Source: Candidatus Thorarchaeota archaeon (lineage in GTDB: Archaea > Asgardarchaeota > Thorarchaeia > Thorarchaeales > Thorarchaeaceae). Taken from it: a stretch of 64,000 nt of DNA. The translations under genes were made by a program, and so were the position numbers. The notes under the pieces were generated by a model that was not told where the DNA came from, searched no databases, and saw only the letters and a program-made list of their open reading frames with translations. Shown piece by piece: positions 10,217 to 20,103 of this stretch. Position 1 is the first letter of the stretch. Each line of letters begins with the position of its first letter. Location of the stretch: assembly GCA_048882045.1 (NCBI GenBank), contig JBHLRZ010000003.1, positions 96,001-160,000 on the forward strand. The letters run 5' to 3'.

Positions 10217-13200
10217 CTACCGCTTCCTGATTAGGAAGAGTATGAGTAGAATCACTACTCCGACGCCAATACCGCCAAGGAGTCCGATCAACAGTGGATC
10301 GATTCCTACAGTTGTTGGTCCAGTCGGTGTTGTAGTGGTAACAGGTGGAGTCGTTGTTGTGGTCGGTGTCGGTGGCAGGACATTTCCAGCCTCGAACGTG
10401 CCGCTCATATCGTCAGCAAACAAACCAGGCCAGTAGGACAATGGTGGAGCAATGGCTCCATCCACACCTGCTGGATAGGTATGGTCGTTGTCATAGACAC
10501 GAACCATGTAGATGTAGTCTTCAATGAGCCAGCCATCCGAGTCCCAGACAAAGAACGTTTCCGTTATGTTCTGTATGACCAGCTGGAACGTATTACCTCC
10601 GTCAGAACTCACCCACACGCTGAAGTACAACGTGTCAGCAGCGTTGCCATCGTCAGCCGTCCATGTGAAGTTGAAGGTATCACCACCCAAATCAATCGCG
10701 TCATTGACGGTGATTGTTGGAGTGTAGAAGTTTTCAAACCTCAACATGCCGACCTCCAATGTCCAAGCGACATCGGTGTCAGTCCAGATATACAGGAACA
10801 CAGTGAAATTGACGTTCCTCTCGAACTGGTAGGTGTCGTATGTGGTGTATGCTGTATCAGCGACTTCGTTGTTGATGTCGATTGACACTCTGGAGTCGAC
10901 TGTCAGTGAATATGGAGCTCCTGCGCCAGGATAGGCCCAGTCCCAACAGAACACTCTGATAGCGATGCTACCTGAGGCAGGTGCGGTGAACACACCAGAC
11001 TCAACTGCACCACCACCACCGTTGTCAACTGACAGTAATGCACCACTTGTTAACTCAGTTGCGTAGTCCACGAGACCATCTGCATTAAGGTCATCCCACA
11101 TGTAGACATCAAATGATGGGTCTGCACCATTTTGAGCGTCGAGTGTGACAGTTGTGATGTCATCAATAGCAACGCCGTTTACGGTTTCCCAAACATAGAG
11201 ATCAGTAGCACTAAGTGGGATGGGCCATGCATCTGTACCCTGTGGGTCAGCGTAGGTACCAGTGTCGACCTCATACAGACCGCTCAGGAATGACACTCGT
11301 GAGGCTGCGATTGAGGAGTACTCAGGCAAGCCTGCTACGGGTGCAATATCCCATGTGCTGTTTAGCACGATATGATCTCCCGTCAGGATCTGACCACCAG
11401 AGATGGCAGTCGGAGTCGGGTTATCAATAGCAGTCCATGTGAAGGAATCAACTGCATCAGCTAGAGCAGTTGGTCCATACAACTGGAACTCAATTCGGAT
11501 GTCTTCGGGTACATCTGCACCATCAAACACGTGAATATTGTACTCGAACCAGTAGGTTCCATTGATCAGATGTCCAGGATCCCAGATAATGGTGTTTTTC
11601 AGGGGTTCAGTTGGATTCGGATCGAATGGACGACCACCGTCATCAGTAGTTGGCATTCCAGTGGTTGAACCAGTCTCTGTTCTCAGAGCAAAGTCTACGA
11701 CTGTACCTGGGTTCTGCCACGAAGCCCTCATGACGAGGACTGATGCGTTCAGTGCTTTGACGTATGGAATGTTGACGTGGAATGTTGTGAAACCACCGCC
11801 ATCCTGAGTACTGGTTGTACCAGGAGTGAAGCAGGTTACCGCAGTGTTCGTATCGTATGGAGTTGTCTCAGGATCAGTAGCGCCATCGACGAGGACCATT
11901 ACCTCACCTTCGGCACCGGTCATATCAAACTCGACAGTGTATGAGTATGGAATCTCGTGAGTCCATGCTCCATCAGCGAATGTGATTGAACCCTGGTGTA
12001 CTCCATATTCCGCATTGACAGGAACAGTCAGTGTTGCATTGATCACACCTGCAGAAAAGTCTGCAAGGTTGATTTCAGATGTTGTCGACTTCTGCCAGAC
12101 TTGGATTGTCACATCAACAGTGACACCAGTTGCACCAAACAGCACAAGTGTTGGACTACCAGTGAAGTAGGTTCCCATTGTTAGTGGACTAGCAACCCTC
12201 ATGGTTCGAAGGTTGGGTCTATCACTTCTCTGGACATAAATGAGAGTGTCTCCGTGAGTTCCATTCCACCAGTTCAGTTCAGGACCAGTCTGTAGATCCA
12301 CGTAGTCGTCAGTCCAGTCGAACAGACGTGCAGATCCGACTGATTCGGAGGCATCATATGCAATCTGAATTGTTACATATTCTGCAAGATCGAAACCAGT
12401 CTGTTGTGGACCAGTCATGTTGTTGTATAGGTTGAAGAAACCATTTGTCGTTGCATTGTTCAACGTGTCGTTGTAGGTGTAACCTGTCAACGAGAACGTG
12501 AACTTGTCAGCCTCGGTGTAGTACCATGGCTGAGGTGCGGCACTGAAGGAGCCAAGAGTAGCACCAGTACCTGCAAAGTCCTCAATGTTCATTGTGACTT
12601 CCTTGACTTCTCCACGAGTCACAGTACCATAGAAGAGACTGCTTGATTCAAGACCGCCCGGTGTGAGCAGTGTTGGATCATGACCGTAGTAGATGTCGTC
12701 GAATGGTGCCCAATCAGCAACCCAGTATGCCCATGAGTCGGCAATCTGGTCGCCATAGTTCTCGAAGCTTTCTGTTTCGAAGATGTATTCTCCGGTAGCA
12801 CTAGCCGCGACAGCTGCACAGGCTGCTTCAGCGTTGACAAAGCCATGACCTTGTACTAGTGGGTCGTAACCCATGTCTGTAGCAGTGGACAGAAGTATGT
12901 CTTTTGTCCTCTGTGGATCAAAGTTGTTGCCTGCGTCCATGATGAGAGCAGCAACACCTGCAGCAATGGGACAAGACAAGCTTGTTCCAGACCACCATAG
13001 GTATGTGTCACCAGCTTCAAGCCAATCATTCTCAGAGGGTTCTGGACTGTATCCGAACATACCAGGAGCCATTACATCTGGCTTGACGAAGCCAGCGTAA
13101 GCAGGTCCTGTAGCCGTGAAGAGTGCTTGCTGATGATGTGGCTGATACGGGCCGTAAGAGTCTACATACAATTGGTTGGACATTGTTGCACCGACTGAAA

Positions 13201-15070
13201 CTACTGAGTAGGTTCCACCAGGTGTACCCATTGAGCCATAGTCAATGCCTTCATTTCCAGCCGAGAAGAACATGAGTACTCCAGGATAGCCAGTTGCCAA
13301 TACATCAGGTATTGATGCAAGGTCATAGACCATTGAGTAGATTCTCAGTTGTAGATACATACCACCTGGACCCCAACCCCAAGAGTTGGAAACCATGTGT
13401 GCTCTGTGGAATGGACCATCTCCAATGTACTCCCAATAGCCAGAGGTCTCATTCAGTGTGAAGCCCATACACCACACTTGTGATCCAAGGTCTCCAGCTG
13501 ATGTGATTCCTTTAGATGCGATTATCTTCGCACCCGGAGCTATACCCTTCAGGTAATAGAGAGTACCATTTTCATAGACGTCATGACCGAAAGTACCGGC
13601 AGATGCAATTGCTGCAGCAGTCCAGTGACCGTGGTCAGTGTCGGTTGTGAACATTGCGTTCCAGACCATACCATCATCGGTGATACCGAAGAAGAGGCCA
13701 GGATCTTCAGCCAAGTAACCGTCACCGTCGTATGCCCAGCTCAGTGAACCAAGGGATACATCGATTTCAGGATCTGCATCTACATTAGCCATCAGGATGT
13801 TGTTGTCCTTATTGAAGATGTAGCCATCGTTATAGTCATCGACGAAGCTCCAGTCCATCATTCCAGTGATCAGGTTTCTGTCAGCAGTTGTGTTAAGATC
13901 GATCTCCCAAGCCGCATAGGATGCAGAAACTTGTGAGCGGATAGCCCAATTCCACATTCTGGTCCATGCGAGTGTACCGTTCCAGTCAATGACTAGATCT
14001 CCATCATAGATCATTGAAGGAGCGAATACCTTGGCATATCCATCGATCTTCTGCTGGAATGCCCAACCAAATGTGTAGTTGGTTCCAGGAGCAGGAGCAG
14101 GAATTTCCCAGTCCTTCCACATCTCATGGTAGACGAACTCGGAAACGTTGTTTCCACCCCAAGCCCATTCATAGAGACCGATGAACCCGATGTTGTTACC
14201 GTATGGATATCCGTCACCATATGGAGGTGCAAGACCCATGAGGCTCCTGTGACTGCCTTCGTTGTTACAGACTGGATCCCAACCAGTTGTATTTAGGTAG
14301 TATTTTCCACCCATCTCATAGGTTAGTAGATGACCTGCTTCAAGCCATGCAGTTGCATTGTTATCGGGAACAACTGTATAGTTTGCGATTACCATCTCTG
14401 TTAAGCCCATGCTTGATGGATCGTAAGACATCGGATAACTACCATTATAGTATTCTGCGTTCCTCATGTCTTCTTGGCTGAAGTCGACACCAGAGTCGAC
14501 TACACCCGCGATAACACCAGTTCCATCATAACCAGAAGCAATAGTTCCAGTAGCACCTACGAGATCTCTAATGTAGAACATATCTGGCTGAGTTATTTCA
14601 GCCAAGTTCATACTTGGTTCAGGTTCTAGGAAATAGTCCGCCTGGATGTACTGAATGTCATCCATAGCGACAAGCTGTTTCATTGCTGCTATTGAACTAA
14701 CAGAAATTGATGCGACCTTCACAAGTTTGAAGTCCACCTTCCACATGACATTTGCTACACTATCGAGTGCAGCATCATCGAAAGATGGTGGAAGATACAC
14801 CAACAGCTTTGTGGAACCATCTCTAGTGGTGTCCACACTAGAATCCAATATACCTGTTTCAATATAGGATGTGATTACTGGATCTACTTTCTCCAACACC
14901 GGTTCGTCTAAAATGCGCTGAGCCCATTTCTCGACGAAATCCTGTTCATAATTTGTTGGAGCTGCTACCTGGGAATTAACGGAGGCGAATGGTGTGATTG
15001 GTACAAACAGCGCGCTTGTAATGAACACACCAATTAAGAGCATAACCGCAGTTTTTCTCAGGTTATTCAT
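10217..15070 (-). CDS. large membrane-anchored S8 (pyrolysin-like) serine protease
   Basis: signal peptide; triad VDSG / DHGHW / GTSLSCP, oxyanion SAGNEG; long insert between Asp and His; Thr/Pro linker plus C-terminal TM and RKR. Confidence 0.92.
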   Translation of the reverse strand: MNNLRKTAVMLLIGVFITSALFVPITPFASVNSQVAAPTNYEQDFVEKWAQRILDEPVLEKVDPVITSYIETGILDSSVDTTRDGSTKLLVYLPPSFDDAALDSVANVMWKVDFKLVKVASISVSSIAAMKQLVAMDDIQYIQADYFLEPEPSMNLAEITQPDMFYIRDLVGATGTIASGYDGTGVIAGVVDSGVDFSQEDMRNAEYYNGSYPMSYDPSSMGLTEMVIANYTVVPDNNATAWLEAGHLLTYEMGGKYYLNTTGWDPVCNNEGSHRSLMGLAPPYGDGYPYGNNIGFIGLYEWAWGGNNVSEFVYHEMWKDWEIPAPAPGTNYTFGWAFQQKIDGYAKVFAPSMIYDGDLVIDWNGTLAWTRMWNWAIRSQVSASYAAWEIDLNTTADRNLITGMMDWSFVDDYNDGYIFNKDNNILMANVDADPEIDVSLGSLSWAYDGDGYLAEDPGLFFGITDDGMVWNAMFTTDTDHGHWTAAAIASAGTFGHDVYENGTLYYLKGIAPGAKIIASKGITSAGDLGSQVWCMGFTLNETSGYWEYIGDGPFHRAHMVSNSWGWGPGGMYLQLRIYSMVYDLASIPDVLATGYPGVLMFFSAGNEGIDYGSMGTPGGTYSVVSVGATMSNQLYVDSYGPYQPHHQQALFTATGPAYAGFVKPDVMAPGMFGYSPEPSENDWLEAGDTYLWWSGTSLSCPIAAGVAALIMDAGNNFDPQRTKDILLSTATDMGYDPLVQGHGFVNAEAACAAVAASATGEYIFETESFENYGDQIADSWAYWVADWAPFDDIYYGHDPTLLTPGGLESSSLFYGTVTRGEVKEVTMNIEDFAGTGATLGSFSAAPQPWYYTEADKFTFSLTGYTYNDTLNNATTNGFFNLYNNMTGPQQTGFDLAEYVTIQIAYDASESVGSARLFDWTDDYVDLQTGPELNWWNGTHGDTLIYVQRSDRPNLRTMRVASPLTMGTYFTGSPTLVLFGATGVTVDVTIQVWQKSTTSEINLADFSAGVINATLTVPVNAEYGVHQGSITFADGAWTHEIPYSYTVEFDMTGAEGEVMVLVDGATDPETTPYDTNTAVTCFTPGTTSTQDGGGFTTFHVNIPYVKALNASVLVMRASWQNPGTVVDFALRTETGSTTGMPTTDDGGRPFDPNPTEPLKNTIIWDPGHLINGTYWFEYNIHVFDGADVPEDIRIEFQLYGPTALADAVDSFTWTAIDNPTPTAISGGQILTGDHIVLNSTWDIAPVAGLPEYSSIAASRVSFLSGLYEVDTGTYADPQGTDAWPIPLSATDLYVWETVNGVAIDDITTVTLDAQNGADPSFDVYMWDDLNADGLVDYATELTSGALLSVDNGGGGAVESGVFTAPASGSIAIRVFCWDWAYPGAGAPYSLTVDSRVSIDINNEVADTAYTTYDTYQFERNVNFTVFLYIWTDTDVAWTLEVGMLRFENFYTPTITVNDAIDLGGDTFNFTWTADDGNAADTLYFSVWVSSDGGNTFQLVIQNITETFFVWDSDGWLIEDYIYMVRVYDNDHTYPAGVDGAIAPPLSYWPGLFADDMSGTFEAGNVLPPTPTTTTTPPVTTTTPTGPTTVGIDPLLIGLLGGIGVGVVILLILFLIRKR

Positions 15071-15504
15071 TTTTCGTTTTTCTCCTCACATTTTCAATGG
15101 AGAACAACAAGTCTAGAGAGCTTCAATCCGCATTGATGGCATCTACTAGACGCATAAAAACCTCCAAAAACTGACCAAGTGTTGATCAGTTGTGTCTCCT
15201 CTAAGCGTTCTCCACGGGTTGTGATTAACAATCGCGAGAGAAGCTGTCTCTATTAAGGATTGTGCAAGAAATGTACTAGAACAGACCGTTCATTTTCCTT
15301 CGTAACCCGATATGCAGGACTGGACACTTCAGAAGGAGTAAAAAGGTTCTCATAACCGTTTTTTCCGCTCAAATAGAGATATATCTCCTCAAAAGCGCTC
15401 TATGTGTACCCAAATACACCACATGCTTGATTATTTATCAAATTGATGGAAATCTCAACTGTTTTTGAAAGTTTGATATGAGGAGCTTATGAGATTCAGA
15501 TATT

Positions 15505-16590
15505 CTATGGCTCACGAACTGTCTTCTTTATTGTATCAACGATCTCATTCACCATGATGATGGCACCAATCATCTCGATCTTAGGTTCCTCACCATGAGT
15601 GTCACCCACCTCTCTTGATACTCTAGTCATTGATCGTCCCAGACTCTCAATCAGCGTGACGAGTGCTTTCTTAGCTCCCTCATCCTTGCTACTTGATTCA
15701 ACCTGTGAAATCAACTCAACAAGATCAGATATCACACTGTCAGAAACTTCTGTGGCGGCCTCGGCTCTTCTTCCAAGATCCTCCCAGCGTGTCTGGGCTT
15801 CCTTCAACTTACTGGACAGCTCAGGGACAATACCATGGTCTGCTGCTGAAGGTGGTATTCCTGCTGCTGCAATGCGAAGGTCTGAAATCTCAGACTCCAG
15901 TGATGCAATGAGATGGTCCTTCATCTTCAACTGCTCAGCCATCCCTTCATCTGTGGCAGCCACAGGTGCACCCTTTGATTTCAACTGCTCTTCCATAAGA
16001 GCAATCGATTTCTCACGTTCAGCGACTTCAGCCTTGATAGTATCGAGCTCGCTTGACAAGGAGGTCAGTCTATCTTCTTTCTCTGTAACAAACTCATTGA
16101 GCCGTTTATTTTCAACCTCTAGTTTCTTGATGTCGCCCTTTACAGTCTTCGACTCCTGTTGCGCTTCCTTGAGCTCTTCCTTGAGCCTGGTCAAGTCTGG
16201 ATCGGGTGGAGAAATGACGAAGTATGCCATGAGGCTTAAAATCGCAGTGAATGCAATGACATACACAAGAGAGTAGAGAATTGACCCGAAGAAGAAATCG
16301 GTCAGTAGTTGTAGTCCGTTAATGAATGTAGTCCATGATCCAAAACCAAGCATACCACCCAGGCTGGCATAGATGACCGCTATGACTGCAATAGCAAAAC
16401 TTAGAGTACCTATGAGTATCATCAGATTTCGCTTCATGCTCGTCCGGACGAGGTGTCTTTGATAGAAAAGTAGCAAAACTCCAAGTGTGATCATCGGGAG
16501 CACATAAGGTAGAGAGGCAACAATGTCATCCATAGGGAGTTCGAAAGTTACCAGCATCTCAAGCTGGGCTGGTGTGATGGGACTTGTCAT
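15505..16590 (-). CDS. membrane-anchored coiled-coil protein
   Basis: three or four N-terminal TM helices, then a long heptad E/K-rich region; GGAGG RBS before ATG 16590. Confidence 0.75.
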   Translation of the reverse strand: MTSPITPAQLEMLVTFELPMDDIVASLPYVLPMITLGVLLLFYQRHLVRTSMKRNLMILIGTLSFAIAVIAVIYASLGGMLGFGSWTTFINGLQLLTDFFFGSILYSLVYVIAFTAILSLMAYFVISPPDPDLTRLKEELKEAQQESKTVKGDIKKLEVENKRLNEFVTEKEDRLTSLSSELDTIKAEVAEREKSIALMEEQLKSKGAPVAATDEGMAEQLKMKDHLIASLESEISDLRIAAAGIPPSAADHGIVPELSSKLKEAQTRWEDLGRRAEAATEVSDSVISDLVELISQVESSSKDEGAKKALVTLIESLGRSMTRVSREVGDTHGEEPKIEMIGAIIMVNEIVDTIKKTVREP

Positions 16591-16674
16591 GTGGAATCCT
16601 CCTTGTGACGCAAAAACCAATGACAACTTGAAGGATAAAACTATTCTCTGTGTGTAACAAGAAAGAGAATGAGG

Positions 16675-16702
16675 ACTGTCCGAAACAAATCAGGCGGACA
16701 GT
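16675..16702 (-). terminator. hairpin downstream of 16718..17005
   Basis: ACTGTCCG...CGGACAGT 8-bp inverted repeat followed by a pyrimidine tract on the minus strand. Confidence 0.5.
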
Positions 16703-16717
16703 TTCCTACTGTCTTTA

Positions 16718-17005
16718 CTACTCTCTCCACATTGCGGCTTTCTCAGCCTCGTGATCTGTCACGATGATGTCCAACGCCTTGACAAGTCGCGCAGCTTCTT
16801 CTATCGAGAGAAGGAAGGATCCTTTGATGTCGCGATCTTCACCAATTGAGAGTCGAACCTTACCATCGTTTACCCAACCTTCCTCTGCCTTTTCAGGAAG
16901 CTTGAATTGGAGCTCTAACCAGGTCCTTCTGGTTTCTTTAGACTCGCGATCTTCGAAGAAGTGTTTCAACTGAAGGCGTCGCTCGTAAGCGTATTTGGCA
17001 CCCAT
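16718..17005 (-). CDS. small hypothetical protein, possible PC4/Whirly/PUR-like fold
   Basis: beta-strand pattern followed by FLLSIEEAARLVKAL helix; fold is inference. Confidence 0.65.
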   Translation of the reverse strand: MGAKYAYERRLQLKHFFEDRESKETRRTWLELQFKLPEKAEEGWVNDGKVRLSIGEDRDIKGSFLLSIEEAARLVKALDIIVTDHEAEKAAMWRE

Positions 17006-17193
17006 TTTCTTAATTCACTCCGTTCTTGGGCAGACTATATGTCCTGCCCTCACCATACTATCATCGCGAACCGATTTACGCCCGTCTCTCGGAGTTTCCG
17101 AGCTAGATGGCTCAGCTCATGCAGTGCATGATAGCACTCAAGAAAAGCCTTATCTTAACTCCAGAGGTCGTTGGCGAGGAAGGACTTCGCACA

Positions 17194-20103
17194 ATGCCAG
17201 CAATCCCCACATCTTTTACTAAACAACTTGCAGTGCTCTTTATTCTTGGATTACTTTGTACACCGATGATTATGTTTGTGAGTGGTGCCTCTGGTACCAT
17301 AGACCATCAATCTAAGATTGCTCCGAGTCTTGCTGAGAAGATTCTGAGTTCTGAGAGTGATGAGGTCATTCCAGTTGTAGCTCAGTTTCCTGATGGCATG
17401 ACCCCCAACGAGATGATTGAAGAAATCCAGGGATTGAATCTAGAGAGTGTTGTAATCAGACACGCATTTCAATTGATACCCATGGTTTCGTTATACATTG
17501 GCAGTGGAGACATTTCAAAACTTGCTGAGAGGACACTAACAAATGGTATCATCCTCGATCGCAAACATCAGATTGTGACTGAAGTTCCAGTTGATAACTA
17601 TGTACTAGCAGAGAACGGAAATGGGTATGTTCATTTCGACACGATTACCAGTGCTGATTTGATGTGGAGCGAGGGATTCAACGGTACTGGAATTACTGTA
17701 GCAATACTTGACAGTGGTGTTGATGGAGACCATCCAGACTTAGTCAACAATATGATAGGTTTCAAGGATTATATCAATAATCAGGACGACATGAATCCGA
17801 GTGATGGGATAGAAGCCTATGATGACAACGGACATGGCACAGCTTGTGCATGGAACGTAGCTGGTGATGGTACAGCCAGTAATGGTCTCCTGAAAGGGAC
17901 AGCTCCTGGAGCAAGCATCCTTGGAATCAAAGTCCTGGATAATAACGGAGCTGGAGAAGATTCTGTAATAGCGAAGGGAATTGAGTTTGCTGTTCTACAG
18001 GGTGTGGAAGTGATAAGCATCAGTCTTGGAGGAGAATGGAGTGATAACACATATGTCGTGGAACCTTCCGTCCAAGAGATTGAGAATGCCATTACACACG
18101 GTGTGTCAGTGGTCATTGCTGCGGGTAATTCTGGTCCAGCCGCTATGACAATCAATTCACCAGGGATAGTCGAGGAAGCCATTACTGTTGGTTCTTCACA
18201 TGGAAACTCCGGAGTTGTTGCATTCAGTAGTGTTGGCCCAGTATTGAGGACAGTTTCAAATCCAATTGGATATGTCGCAAAGCCAGACCTAGTTGCACCC
18301 GGCAACCAAGTTGTATCAGGAAGGGGGAGTCAGGCAACCTCTCTTGAGTACCTCCCCTACAACCAGACGCAGTTTGGTACAAATTATACAAGATGGTCAG
18401 GAACATCAGCTTCGGCACCAATTGTTGCCGGTCTTGTAGCACTGATGCATCAGAAACACTCGCAGCTGACTCCTATTCAAGCAAAGGTAGCACTGATGAG
18501 TACTGCGACAGACTTGGGTGCAGATTCTATGAGTCAGGGATGGGGACTTGCGAATGTTTCACGAGCTTCGGAGCTTCTGACTAGTTCGACTGGAGATATT
18601 ACATTAATGACGCCACGGTTTTACCCCACCCTACCGTGGAGCTCACAGGTGACAATAGTAGGTGATGATCGACCGCCTCAGAATGTGACAATCATATCTT
18701 CACATCAAGTCGGTCTAGTCAACATCTCTGTTTCAGGAAATGTAAGTCAGTTCATTTCAACGAATCGTGACCAGATTATTGTTCCAGAAGGATACTCTCA
18801 CTTTGGAATCGCACTCGAGGTTCCTGAGGATATGCCTCTATCTGTAGCTGGTTTCTATTCAGGTTCTTTGAACTTGACGCAAAGTAGTGACATAATAGCC
18901 ACCGTTGAGATAGCGTTCACCATCACTTTATTTGGAGGACGGATGATGGTGGACATGGAACATCACTCGACAGGTGTTAATGCAGACATTGACGATCCTT
19001 CATACTATGGTTACTTTACAGAGTATCTTCGAGAGAGTGGCATGATTGTTACAGAGTTCGGAGACCCGGAAGACCTCAGAAGAAGCTACATCGACCTGAG
19101 TACCATTTCGGGCGCCGATGTATTCACCATAATGGATACAGAGACGTCGTACACGGATAACGAGGTTTCTGCACTTCATTCATTTGTGGAGAATGGTGGG
19201 ACACTTCTAGTCTTGTCAGAGTCGTTCAATCCGGATACTGGTGAGCCAACCTTTGCTATCGATTCCTATAATGAAATTCTTGAACCCTTTGGAATACAAT
19301 GCGAAGTCAGACCAATTGGGTTTGGACTCCCAAATTACGGACTGCTCTACGGAGCCAACTACAGCGGCTATGTAGAGGATGACCCACTGATGGACGGTGT
19401 GAGCGACATCTATGTTCTTCAGGGAAGTACATTACATATTGACCCATTGGTCTCGAATGCTAGAGGCCTCCTTTGGGAGGACTCAGAGAAGACACATGCG
19501 ATTGTTGCTAGAGCGGAATATGGTTCTGGTCAAGTATTCGTGATATCAGATGGATCAACTCTCTATGATGATGTCCTGTTCGATGCGATCAACTTCGGAG
19601 CTGACAATCTTCGGCTCCTAAGAAATCTAGCAAAAGCTATCACACCTGATTCGCCTCGAATCTTTGACGTTAATCTTGAGATTGCTGAAGTAGGAGAACA
19701 GGCGAATGTAACAGCTTATGTATTTGATGATGATCTTAATACTGTGTCAATGAGTGTGATTGGACCTACTGGTGCAAATCTCACTGGAATTGTTACTATG
19801 GAGCTAGGGTACAAATTCTCTACTGGTTTCACTTTCACAAGTGGGGGATTCTATTCTGTTCGCATTATCGCCACAGACTTTGCCGGGCACACGAGAATCT
19901 TCGAGAAGATCATCTTGGTTCCAGTGGATGCAGCTGATGACGTAGTTGTCCTTACACTCATCTACTCTCTACTTGGGGTCGTTTTGGTTGGAATCGTATA
20001 TGTCCTAATCATGCGAAGGCGTGGTCAACCAAAACCACGTAGAAAATATGTTGAAGAACCAAGAGAAGAAGAGTGGGAACTCCCTCCACCTGCTATCGAA
20101 TAG
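17194..20103 (+). CDS. membrane-anchored S8 serine protease with site-1 protease (SKI-1/S1P)-like C-terminal domain
   Basis: LDSG / NGHGT / AAGNSG / SGTSASAP; DUF4350/GldG-like domain; C-terminal TM plus basic tail; start inferred at ATG 17194. Confidence 0.9.
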   Translation: MPAIPTSFTKQLAVLFILGLLCTPMIMFVSGASGTIDHQSKIAPSLAEKILSSESDEVIPVVAQFPDGMTPNEMIEEIQGLNLESVVIRHAFQLIPMVSLYIGSGDISKLAERTLTNGIILDRKHQIVTEVPVDNYVLAENGNGYVHFDTITSADLMWSEGFNGTGITVAILDSGVDGDHPDLVNNMIGFKDYINNQDDMNPSDGIEAYDDNGHGTACAWNVAGDGTASNGLLKGTAPGASILGIKVLDNNGAGEDSVIAKGIEFAVLQGVEVISISLGGEWSDNTYVVEPSVQEIENAITHGVSVVIAAGNSGPAAMTINSPGIVEEAITVGSSHGNSGVVAFSSVGPVLRTVSNPIGYVAKPDLVAPGNQVVSGRGSQATSLEYLPYNQTQFGTNYTRWSGTSASAPIVAGLVALMHQKHSQLTPIQAKVALMSTATDLGADSMSQGWGLANVSRASELLTSSTGDITLMTPRFYPTLPWSSQVTIVGDDRPPQNVTIISSHQVGLVNISVSGNVSQFISTNRDQIIVPEGYSHFGIALEVPEDMPLSVAGFYSGSLNLTQSSDIIATVEIAFTITLFGGRMMVDMEHHSTGVNADIDDPSYYGYFTEYLRESGMIVTEFGDPEDLRRSYIDLSTISGADVFTIMDTETSYTDNEVSALHSFVENGGTLLVLSESFNPDTGEPTFAIDSYNEILEPFGIQCEVRPIGFGLPNYGLLYGANYSGYVEDDPLMDGVSDIYVLQGSTLHIDPLVSNARGLLWEDSEKTHAIVARAEYGSGQVFVISDGSTLYDDVLFDAINFGADNLRLLRNLAKAITPDSPRIFDVNLEIAEVGEQANVTAYVFDDDLNTVSMSVIGPTGANLTGIVTMELGYKFSTGFTFTSGGFYSVRIIATDFAGHTRIFEKIILVPVDAADDVVVLTLIYSLLGVVLVGIVYVLIMRRRGQPKPRRKYVEEPREEEWELPPPAIE

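Noticed and set aside
15599-16276. Long antisense ORFs (also 44538..45056, 17817..18305, 55861..56337 and others)
   Set aside because: Shadow frames of well-supported genes on the opposite strand.
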